Positions 16,195 through 23,465 of a stretch of 32,000 nucleotides of DNA are shown one piece after another. Source of the stretch: Cupriavidus necator (GTDB lineage: Bacteria; Pseudomonadota; Gammaproteobacteria; Burkholderiales; Burkholderiaceae); NCBI RefSeq assembly GCF_016127575.1, contig NZ_CP066018.1:3660001-3692000 (forward strand). The letters are read 5' to 3'. A program made the position numbers and the translations under genes. Position 1 is the stretch's first letter. Each line of letters begins with the position of its first letter. Below the pieces are notes generated by a model. It saw only the letters and a program-made list of their open reading frames with translations, was not told where the DNA came from and made no database searches.

Positions 16195-16420
16195 AGCGCG
16201 ATGCATGGCTTGGCAAACCGTAAACATCCTCGTTGTATTAGGCTCTGGGGCGGCCTCGGCCTGAGCGGCTTCAGAAGAATGGAGATAGAGCTCGCGGAAA
16301 GCGCCGGCAGCCCGCACCACCAAGGCACAGATTAACATCGCTCGTTAGCAAGCAACCCTTCCAGGTACCGTGCGAGTTTACGTTGGGCGAATTGGAGCAG
16401 ATTCGTCATTGAAGCAGTCC

Positions 16421-16449
16421 GTGCACCCGCCTGAGACAGGCGGGTGCAC
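16421..16449 (-). terminator. GC-rich hairpin immediately 3' of the secreted-protein gene
   Basis: GTGCACCCGCC-TGAGACA-GGCGGGTGCAC, a perfect 11-bp stem, lies 6 nt beyond the stop at 16456-16458. There is no clear U tract. Confidence 0.45.
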
Positions 16450-16455
16450 AATACA

Positions 16456-16935
16456 TCAATGCTCATGTGGTTTCGAAACTCTCAGATCTGGGACAGTGAC
16501 GGCAACCACCTCGGTAGCCAGGATCTTGTGACTCGGGTCAGCCAGCTCGAGCCGAAGCTTGTGCGGCCCCGGCGTGAGCCCGACGACGATGATCGGGTCT
16601 TCACTCGTATGTGCCCAAGTGCCACGAACGTCGTCCGTTGTTACGTGCAAATGCCCGATGCGTGGCGAGATATCAACTGCCTGCTTGCCAAATACGGGCA
16701 TGACGCGGAAGTTCTCCGTCCGGAATTGGACGATGACTACACCGCGCGCAAGCGGCTCGGCAAGTGCCGGGTACGCTATCAGCTTAGGCGCTGGCTCGCC
16801 GTTGAGTGGAAGAATGGCAGGTGGCCGAACAGCATCCTGTGCTGTTTGCGCGGATGCGCTTATACAGAATGTCGCCGCAATGGCGACCGCCGAAAAGTAC
16901 TTCAGGTTGTGGCGCATGACATTGTCCTTTTTCAT
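16456..16935 (-). CDS. secreted/periplasmic protein of unknown function (resembles DUF6130-type proteins from memory)
   Basis: The start is ATG 16935 or 16917. MKKDNVMRHNLKYFSAVAIAATFCISASA|QTAQ is a Sec signal peptide. The mature domain is ..VIVQFRTENFRVMPVFG..ISPRIGHLHVTTDD..GLTPGPHKLRLELADPSH... The track's N-terminal extension to 17085 is unlikely. Confidence 0.7.
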   Translation of the reverse strand: MKKDNVMRHNLKYFSAVAIAATFCISASAQTAQDAVRPPAILPLNGEPAPKLIAYPALAEPLARGVVIVQFRTENFRVMPVFGKQAVDISPRIGHLHVTTDDVRGTWAHTSEDPIIVVGLTPGPHKLRLELADPSHKILATEVVAVTVPDLRVSKPHEH

Positions 16936-17051
16936 AGATGGGCTGCCTCGATACGCGGGCCAGGCAGAGCGATCGCGAGGATAGTCTCCACATTTCATCA
17001 CACGCCAACCGCCCGTTGTGGTGATGTTGTATGGGCAAGTATCGCTTGCCG

Positions 17052-17472
17052 TTCCTGATACATAGCAATACACAGCCGCAATCACTGGCGATCATCGACC
17101 ATCTCGATCGCAAATGGCCTGTGCCGGCTGATTCCCGCCGATGGTCCTGCTCGCATACGTGTACTGGAGTTCGCGCTGACCATCGCCTGTGACTTGCACC
17201 CGTTGAACAATATGCGCGTGCAGAAGTATCTCAGTGCCCGCCTTGGTGTTGCCGACGCTGACAAAGCCGAATGGGTCGCACACTGGCTCACGGCCGGCTT
17301 CGGCGCCTTGGAGCCGTGGCTGCCCGCGGACGGTGGCTGGTGTGTCGGCAACGCGCCCACCCTGGCCGACTGCTGCCTGGTTCCGCAAGTCGCCAATGCG
17401 CAGCGTGCGGCGTTCAGCCTCGCCCCTTTCCCCCGCGTGCGCCGTGCCTACGAACACTGCGCTGTTGTCGAA
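17052..17472 (+). pseudogene. zeta-class glutathione S-transferase / maleylacetoacetate isomerase remnant (frameshifted, both ends cut)
   Basis: QSLAIIDHLDRKWPVP is followed by a one-base frame change at about 17124-17128, then LIPADGPARIRVLEFALTIACDLHPLNNMRVQKYL..GNAPTLADCCLVPQVANAQRAAFSLAPFPRVRRAYEHC. This is the GST-zeta core (IACD.HPLNN, PTLADCCLVPQ). The N-terminal thioredoxin-like part is missing. Confidence 0.65.
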
Positions 17473-17736
17473 GCCACGGTGCAACGTGCCCGGCCAGTGA
17501 TCCTGACCGCGCTGGCGGCTATCCTGGCCTTTATTCCGTTGACGCATTCAGTCTTCTGGGGAACGCTGGCTTACACGCTGATCGGCGGCACCTTCGCCGG
17601 CACGGTGCTGACGCTGGTGTTCCTGCCAGCGATGTATGCCATCTGGTACCGGATCACGATGCCTGCCGATGCGAACGAGATGACGCCCGCGGATTTGAAC
17701 GACAGCGGCGCGAACACGCCCGCGGCCACCACTTGA
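17473..17736 (+). pseudogene. RND efflux permease, extreme C-terminal remnant (last two TM helices)
   Basis: RARPVILTALAAILAFIPLTHSVFWGTLAYTLIGGTFAGTVLTLVFLPAMYAIWYRI.. corresponds to TM11-TM12 of AcrB-type permeases. It is fused in frame to the GST remnant (track ORF 17194-17736). Confidence 0.65.
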
Positions 17737-17742
17737 TCCGAC

Positions 17743-17774
17743 AGGCCGCGGCCGTCAGCGCGAGGCCGCGGCCG
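17743..17774 (+). terminator. hairpin formed by two copies of the self-complementary AGGCCGCGGCCG, just after the RND-remnant stop
   Basis: Copies at 17743-17754 and 17763-17774 are separated by TCAGCGCG. The stop TGA is at 17734-17736. This is probably the relic terminator of the lost RND gene. Confidence 0.4.
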
Positions 17775-17785
17775 GTTGGTGGCGA

Positions 17786-17814
17786 CAAAAAGCAGTGTGG
17801 GCGCTACCCCCACA
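17786..17814 (-). terminator. putative intrinsic terminator of the MFS-xdhC transcript
   Basis: On the minus strand, TGTGGG-GGTAGCG-CCCACA is followed by CTGCTTTTTGT, about 26 nt downstream of the xdhC stop (17841-17843). Confidence 0.45.
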
Positions 17815-17840
17815 ACTGCATGCGAGGCGCCGGGGCGCCG

Positions 17841-18875
17841 TTACCCATTGACCGATATTCCACATGCGCCGCTGGTATCTGCCGGCGCCTCCCGTACGGA
17901 CTTGGAACGTTCGACCCTCAGGTCATCGGGCAAGCGGACGCGGTTGCGCGCTGCCACCACCTCGGCAAGGATCGAAATGGCGATTTCCGGCGGCGTACGG
18001 CTGCCGATATAGATGCCGGCCGGGCCATGCATACGGGCCAGTTGCTGGCTGGTCAGGTCGAATTCCTTCAAGCGTTCGCGCCGCGCCTGGTTGTTGCGAC
18101 GCGAGCCCAGCGCACCGACGTAGAAGGCCCGGGTGCGCAGCGCCTCCATCAGCGCAAGGTCGTCGAGCTTGGGGTCGTGTGTCAGCGCAACCACCGCACT
18201 GCGTTCGTCCAAGGCCATCTCCACCACCGTGTCATCCGGCATGGTGCGCACCATGGCAATGCCGGGAACGGCCCAGGACTCGGTATATTCTTCGCGCGGA
18301 TCGCACACCGTCACATCGAAGCCGAGCCCGACGGCGATCTCGCAGAGATACTTCGAAAGCTGCCCGGCGCCAATCACCAGCATGCGATAGCGTGGCCCAT
18401 GGATGGTTGACAGCGACTTGCCGTCAAAGGTCAGGCCGTCAGCGGCCGCCGCCGGCCCAAGCGTCGCAATGCCGGTGGCGATATCGAGCGTACGTGTCAC
18501 CAGTCGGCCGCCCTCCACCGCCTGCAGCAGTTCGCGCAATCCGCTCGCCGCAGATACCGGCTCCGCCACCAATTCGATGGTTCCGCCACAGGGTAAGCCA
18601 AACCGGTGTGCTTCCTCGGCGCTGACGCCGTACCGGATCACCTCGGGACTACCGCAGCGAATGCCTTCGCGGCGGGTTCGGTCAATGATGTCGTCCTCAA
18701 TGCAGCCGCCCGACACCGAACCCACTACCAGGCTGTCGTCGCGCACGGCCAGCATCGCGCCGGCCGGCCGTGGCGACGAACCCCAGGTATGGACGACCGT
18801 CAACAACAGGCAACGGTGTCCTTGCTCGTCCCAGCGAACACTGCTTCTCAAGACTTCGAGATCCACGCTTTCCAT
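17841..18875 (-). CDS. XdhC/CoxI-family molybdenum-cofactor insertion accessory protein
   Basis: MESVDLEVLRSSVRW..LLLTVVHTWGSSPRPAGAMLAVRDD..VGSVSGGCIEDD..RMLVIGAGQLSKYLCEIAVGLGFDVTVCDPRE..: XdhC N-terminal domain plus a Rossmann-like domain. AGGAAG RBS. Confidence 0.9.
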   Translation of the reverse strand: MESVDLEVLRSSVRWDEQGHRCLLLTVVHTWGSSPRPAGAMLAVRDDSLVVGSVSGGCIEDDIIDRTRREGIRCGSPEVIRYGVSAEEAHRFGLPCGGTIELVAEPVSAASGLRELLQAVEGGRLVTRTLDIATGIATLGPAAAADGLTFDGKSLSTIHGPRYRMLVIGAGQLSKYLCEIAVGLGFDVTVCDPREEYTESWAVPGIAMVRTMPDDTVVEMALDERSAVVALTHDPKLDDLALMEALRTRAFYVGALGSRRNNQARRERLKEFDLTSQQLARMHGPAGIYIGSRTPPEIAISILAEVVAARNRVRLPDDLRVERSKSVREAPADTSGACGISVNG

Positions 18876-18965
18876 GATTCTTCCTGCCGTCCAGCCTGCA
18901 TCCGCTGCCCCGGGTCAAGCGTAGCAAGCTGAGGTCCAGTCAATAACCCGGGGCCAGGCGCCAGA

Positions 18966-20333
18966 TCACGCTTCGCTGGCAACGGTTGCTTGCTCCGACG
19001 GCTTCGCCGCGCCCGCCCTTCCCTTCGCGGCGACCGCGATGGCCGCAAGCAAGGATGGCACGGCGAGGATGCTGAGGATCGAGCTCATGCCCAGGCCAAA
19101 TTGCAGCAGCGTGCCACCGGAAACGGCTCCGAGGACACCACCGAAACGCCCCATTCCAAGCATCCAACCTACCCCGCAGGCACGGCCCTGGGTCGGATAG
19201 AACGAAGCCGCCAGCGCGGGCATGGATACCAGGCCGGCCCCCATGAACAGCCCGGCGATCGGCGTCAGCAGCACCAGGTATGCACCACTGGTCGCGTGTC
19301 CCATCGCCAGCGTGAATACGGCGGTGAAGAAATAGGCGAAGCCGATGACGCAATGGGGATTGATGCGATCCATCAGCCAGCCGCAAGCCATGGCGCCCAG
19401 CGTGCCGCCGAGCGGGAACAGCGCAGCGATCAAAGAGGCCTCGGCCAGGGTCGCACCGGCTTCCCTGACAAGGGTCGGCATCCAGCTGGTGACCAGGTAG
19501 AAGACTAGTACACCCATGAAATAGGTGGTCCAGAGCATGAACGTTCCCATCCGATACTCTGGCGACAGGATGAGCCCGAGCGGCGAGCGCAACTTGTCGG
19601 CCTGATCATCCGGCAAGGTAAACCGCGACGCGTGGACTTCCGCGGAACCTGCCAGCAGTCTCAACACCGTTTTGATCTTCTGCGCCGGCCAATCGCGCAG
19701 CACCATGAACCGGATCGATTCCGGCAGTGCAAGTGCAATGATGGCAAGGACCAGGGGGACTATTCCGCCGACGATGAACACGCTGCGCCATCCGAAAGCG
19801 GGAATGATGACCGCCGCCAGGAAGCCACCGCCCGCGGCGCCAAGCGTAAAGCCGCAAAACATGCTGTTCACCAGGAAGGCCCGACGCCTGGCGGGGGCAT
19901 ACTCGGCCAGCAGCGTGGTCGCGTTGGGAATCGCGGCGCCTAGCCCCATACCCGTCAGGAAGCGCCAGCAGGACAGCTCTGCAGCGGATATAGCGGACGC
20001 AGTGGCGAGGCTGAACAGACCAAAGGCCGCCACCGATACGATGAGCACAGGCTTGCGTCCGAACCGGTCCGCACAGGGTCCGGCGACCAGCGCGCCGAGC
20101 GCAAGGCCAACCAGCGAAGCGCTCAGCACATTGCCCAGCACCAGCTTCGAAACGCCCCACTCCGTGGTCAACGATGGCGCCACATAGCCGATCGCAGCCG
20201 TGTCGAAGCCATCCGCCGCCACCACCAGAAAGCAAACGATGAGGAGCATCCATTGATAGGGCGAGAATCTCTGGTTGTCGATGAATGCCTGGACATCTAT
20301 GGTCCCCGGCGAGCTGGATTGCTGTGGTTTCAT
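18966..20333 (-). CDS. MFS transporter, aromatic acid:H+ symporter (AAHS, PcaK/BenK-like) family
   Basis: The preferred start is ATG 20333 (MKPQQSS..), with GGAG 9 nt upstream. FSPYQWMLLIVCFLVVAADGFDTAAIGYVAPSL..GPCADRFGRKPVL.. is typical of AAHS permeases. A 90-bp gap separates it from xdhC on the same strand. Confidence 0.9.
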   Translation of the reverse strand: MKPQQSSSPGTIDVQAFIDNQRFSPYQWMLLIVCFLVVAADGFDTAAIGYVAPSLTTEWGVSKLVLGNVLSASLVGLALGALVAGPCADRFGRKPVLIVSVAAFGLFSLATASAISAAELSCWRFLTGMGLGAAIPNATTLLAEYAPARRRAFLVNSMFCGFTLGAAGGGFLAAVIIPAFGWRSVFIVGGIVPLVLAIIALALPESIRFMVLRDWPAQKIKTVLRLLAGSAEVHASRFTLPDDQADKLRSPLGLILSPEYRMGTFMLWTTYFMGVLVFYLVTSWMPTLVREAGATLAEASLIAALFPLGGTLGAMACGWLMDRINPHCVIGFAYFFTAVFTLAMGHATSGAYLVLLTPIAGLFMGAGLVSMPALAASFYPTQGRACGVGWMLGMGRFGGVLGAVSGGTLLQFGLGMSSILSILAVPSLLAAIAVAAKGRAGAAKPSEQATVASEA

Positions 20334-20543
20334 GCGCTTTGTCTCCATTATCTGAGCACGTGGCTCCATGTCGTTGATGGTCTTCTCTGCTCGTGAACCT
20401 TGCGCGCCGCCCTCGCGTTCCTCTCCCTCCCTTTCAAGGCAGCGCCCATGAAATGATGGTCGTCATATCACATGGCGAACGGCCGCAGTGGCCATGACGC
20501 TCCCATGCCGCTCCCAGTCAAGCGTTTGCCACACCCACCGATA

Positions 20544-20564
20544 TATCCAGCGTCTACATGCTAG
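20544..20564 (+). promoter_or_regulatory. 21-bp box TATCCAGCGTCTACATGCTAG (copy 2 of 4) in the MFS/TetR divergent region
   Basis: It shares the invariant core TATCCA-NN-GTCTA-N-AT with the boxes at 27025, 27214(-) and 27341. It lies about 210 bp from both divergent starts. Confidence 0.45.
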
Positions 20565-20768
20565 TCAGGCGGACCGGCATGGTCAAGGAGGAACACGCTG
20601 CTGCTGCCTTGGTGCTATCCCTAGTGAACCGCGTGGCGCGCGCCCGCCCATTGGCCCCCACATGTAACGACGCGACCAACAACCCCGCGGCAAGCCCCTG
20701 ATGCAATGATGATCGTAATGTTATATATTGCAGAGACACACACGCCCGACTCTTCCTGTCACCTGATC

Positions 20769-21320
20769 ATGCGCTACTCACTCGACCAAAAGGCTGAAAC
20801 CCACAAGCACATCGTCAAGGCTGCCTCGACGCAATTCCGCAAGCACGGTGTCAACGGCATCGGCGTAGCCCAGTTGATGAAGAGCGCCGGCCTGACCCAT
20901 GGGGGGTTTTACGCGCACTTCGAGTCCAAGGACGCCCTGGTTGCCGAGGCCATCGACGCAGCTTTCGACCAGACCATGGAACTCCTGCAAGAAGCGACGT
21001 CGGTGGCATCGCCTAGGCAGCGCCGGCAAGCCGTCGTGCAGGCGTATGTGAACAAAAGGCACCGCGACCATCCCGGATCGGGTTGCGCCATCGCGGCGCT
21101 CGGTGCCGATGTGTCGCGCCTGGATACCAAGACGCGGCGGCGCTTCGAGGCGCGCGTGACATCGCTCATCGAAGCCATTGCAGGGGGCGATGATGAGACA
21201 GCACGCAAGGACGCCATTGTCACGCTGGCGGCCATGGTCGGCGGCATGGTGCTGGCGCGCTCCGTGCGCTCGGAAGCGCTATCCACCGAGATACTGGACG
21301 CACTCCAGACGTCCCTGTAG
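20769..21320 (+). CDS. TetR/AcrR-family transcriptional regulator
   Basis: ATG 20769: MRYSLDQKAETHKHIVKAASTQFRKHGVNGIGVAQLMKSAGLTHGGFYAHFESKDALVAEAI.., a TetR HTH plus the FY.HF.SKD.L motif. Confidence 0.9.
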   Translation: MRYSLDQKAETHKHIVKAASTQFRKHGVNGIGVAQLMKSAGLTHGGFYAHFESKDALVAEAIDAAFDQTMELLQEATSVASPRQRRQAVVQAYVNKRHRDHPGSGCAIAALGADVSRLDTKTRRRFEARVTSLIEAIAGGDDETARKDAIVTLAAMVGGMVLARSVRSEALSTEILDALQTSL

Positions 21321-21353
21321 TGCGGCCGCCCTTGCACCAGCGCCGGAGCCGAT

Positions 21354-21800
21354 ATGAGCCAATCCCGCTTTCTCAAGATGCCATGTCCCGTTGCACATGC
21401 CTCGGCGGTGCTGGGCGAGCGCTGGGTCATCCTAATCCTGCGTGAAGCGTATTACGGGGCGACGCGATTCGAGGAGTTCGAGCGCCAGCTCGGCATTGCT
21501 TCCAACATCCTGAGCGCCAGGCTTCAGGCAATGACCGATCATGGCCTGCTGATACGCAGGCCGATCGAAGGCAGCACACGCTGCGCCTACTTCCTGAGCG
21601 ACAGCGCACGCGATTTCCTGCCGACCTACCTGAGCCTCAAGGCGTGGGCAGAGCGATGGGTGGCGGAACCGAAGCGGCGCGCCAAGCTTTTCGTGGACAA
21701 GCACACGGGAAACGAGATCGTGGCGCCACCATTGACGCGCCCCGATGGATCGCCGATCCCCTTCGAAGACGTCCAGGTCATCGACGCCCAGGTGCGGTAG
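21354..21800 (+). CDS. HxlR-family transcriptional regulator with a C-terminal extension
   Basis: CPVAHASAVLGERWVILILREAYYGATRFEEFERQLGIASNILSARLQAMTDHGLL... GGAG lies 6 nt upstream. The C-terminal tail resembles that of the HxlR at 5202-5696. Confidence 0.9.
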   Translation: MSQSRFLKMPCPVAHASAVLGERWVILILREAYYGATRFEEFERQLGIASNILSARLQAMTDHGLLIRRPIEGSTRCAYFLSDSARDFLPTYLSLKAWAERWVAEPKRRAKLFVDKHTGNEIVAPPLTRPDGSPIPFEDVQVIDAQVR

Positions 21801-21878
21801 CTGCCAGTTGCCGTCCGCGGGTCACCGGATGGGTTAGCGCTAATATGGAGGCCTGACGACATCGCGACCCGCCATTTC

Positions 21879-22577
21879 ATGACCACCTCCACCACGCGCC
21901 CGGCCCGCCAAAGCTATCACCATGGCAACCTGCGGGAAGAAATGATCCGCTGTGGCCGGGAAATCCTGGCCATCAAGGGCGTCCATGGACTGACCCTTCG
22001 CTCCGCCGCAAAGCTGGCCGGGGTCTCGCACGGCGCGCCGCGCAATCAGTTTGCCGACAAGGAGGGCCTGCTTGCCGCCATCGCCGCCGAAGGATTCCGT
22101 GAACTGGTCGCGGTGCGGCGGGCCCGGCTCTCGCCGGAGATGAGCGCCGAGGCGCGGCTGCTCACGATCATGGACGGCTATATCGAGTTCGCCGTCAAGC
22201 ATCCCGCGCTTTTCTACCTGATGTTCGGGCCGCAGATCGAGGACAAGGAGAGGTACCCCGAACTGCTGGAGGCGGGCAGCGCGTCTTACCAGCTCCTGTC
22301 GGGTGCAGTCCAGGACTATTTCCGGGAAAACAATCTTGCCGAGCAGTTCGACGACATGATGGTGCGCTGCGCGTGGTCGGCTATGCACGGTGTGAGCATG
22401 TTCTTCAGTGCCAAGCCGACCGGACCCAGCCCGCGCCCACGCGTCGCGCTGGCCCAATGGCGGCAGAGCGTACAGCAATTCGTGCTGACCGGCCTGTTGG
22501 CAGCAGGCCAGAACAAGGCCGCGGCGGCCGGTGCCGCCGCAAGCAAGCCGAAGGCGAGGTCACGCAGCGCAGCGTAG
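21879..22577 (+). CDS. TetR/AcrR-family transcriptional regulator
   Basis: ..SYHHGNLREEMIRCGREILAIKGVHGLTLRSAAKLAGVSHGAPRNQFADKEGLLAAIAAEGF.. is a TetR HTH. There is an Ala/Lys-rich C-terminal tail. Confidence 0.9.
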   Translation: MTTSTTRPARQSYHHGNLREEMIRCGREILAIKGVHGLTLRSAAKLAGVSHGAPRNQFADKEGLLAAIAAEGFRELVAVRRARLSPEMSAEARLLTIMDGYIEFAVKHPALFYLMFGPQIEDKERYPELLEAGSASYQLLSGAVQDYFRENNLAEQFDDMMVRCAWSAMHGVSMFFSAKPTGPSPRPRVALAQWRQSVQQFVLTGLLAAGQNKAAAAGAAASKPKARSRSAA

Positions 22578-22598
22578 GCGTAAGCCTCCCCCGGAGTT

Positions 22599-23465
22599 TC
22601 AGTCTCCGCGGCGCGGCTCCAGCGCATCGACCAGCGCCCGCTTCAGCATCACCCGGCCAAGCTGCAACCGGTATGCCCCATCGGCGAAGTTGTCCTCCAG
22701 CGGCGTCACGTTGGTGAACGCGGCTTCGACAATGGCATCGACCTTGTCCGGCAGGTCGGCGAAGCTGCCTTCCAGCAAAGCCCCCGCCTCCCAGGCGCGG
22801 AATGCCGCATCCGCAACGCCAGTGATGGCAATCCGTCCCCAGCTATAGCCATCTTTGGCAACGTTGATGGCAACGGCCGCCGCAGCCACCGCATAGCCCG
22901 ACGACGGATGACGGAACTTGCGGTATGCAACCCGGCCCGGTGCCGGCAATGGCACATGGATGCGCGTAAGGACCTCGTCCGGCTCAACGGCTGTGGACAT
23001 GAAGCCGGCAAAGAACTCGTGCGCGGGAATGCGCCTGCTGCCTTGCCCGCCTGCCACTTCCATTTCGGCATCCATCGCAAGCGCGACCGCCGGCCAGTCG
23101 GCCGACGGATCGGCGTGCACCAGCGCGCCACCGATCGTGCCACGGTTCCTGACTGTCGGGTCGGCAATCACCGTGGCGGCGAGTGGGAACAGCGGGGCCA
23201 GCCGCTTCAGTTCCGCGCTCGCCTCCAGTTCGGCGTGGGTCGTGGCGCTGCCGATGGAAACGGAGTCCTCATGGACCACGATGCCACGAAGTTCAGGCAG
23301 GCGACCGATATCCACCAGCAGTCCAGGCCTCGCCAGCCTCAGCTTCATCATCGGCAATAGCGTATGCCCCCCGGCCAGGATCTTCGCCTCGGGGTTTTGG
23401 GCAAGGATGGAAAGTGCCTGTTGCACACTGCTCGCCCTGAGGTATTCGACTTCGTACGGAATCAT
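22599..23465 (-). CDS. FAD-binding (CoxM/medium) subunit of a xanthine-dehydrogenase-family molybdenum hydroxylase
   Basis: ATG 23465 (MIPYEVEYLRASSVQQALSILAQNPEAKILAGGHTLLPMMKLRLARP..) overlaps the stop of the large-subunit gene (ATGA). Confidence 0.9.
   Translation of the reverse strand: MIPYEVEYLRASSVQQALSILAQNPEAKILAGGHTLLPMMKLRLARPGLLVDIGRLPELRGIVVHEDSVSIGSATTHAELEASAELKRLAPLFPLAATVIADPTVRNRGTIGGALVHADPSADWPAVALAMDAEMEVAGGQGSRRIPAHEFFAGFMSTAVEPDEVLTRIHVPLPAPGRVAYRKFRHPSSGYAVAAAAVAINVAKDGYSWGRIAITGVADAAFRAWEAGALLEGSFADLPDKVDAIVEAAFTNVTPLEDNFADGAYRLQLGRVMLKRALVDALEPRRGD

Noticed and set aside
20554-20739. 61-aa minus-strand ORF in the permease/TetR intergenic region, and the loose dyad TGCAAT-N19-ATTGCA at 20702-20732
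   Set aside because: The ORF has no RBS or motif and lies in promoter DNA. The dyad arms are only 6 bp with a long spacer, so they are not distinguishable from chance.
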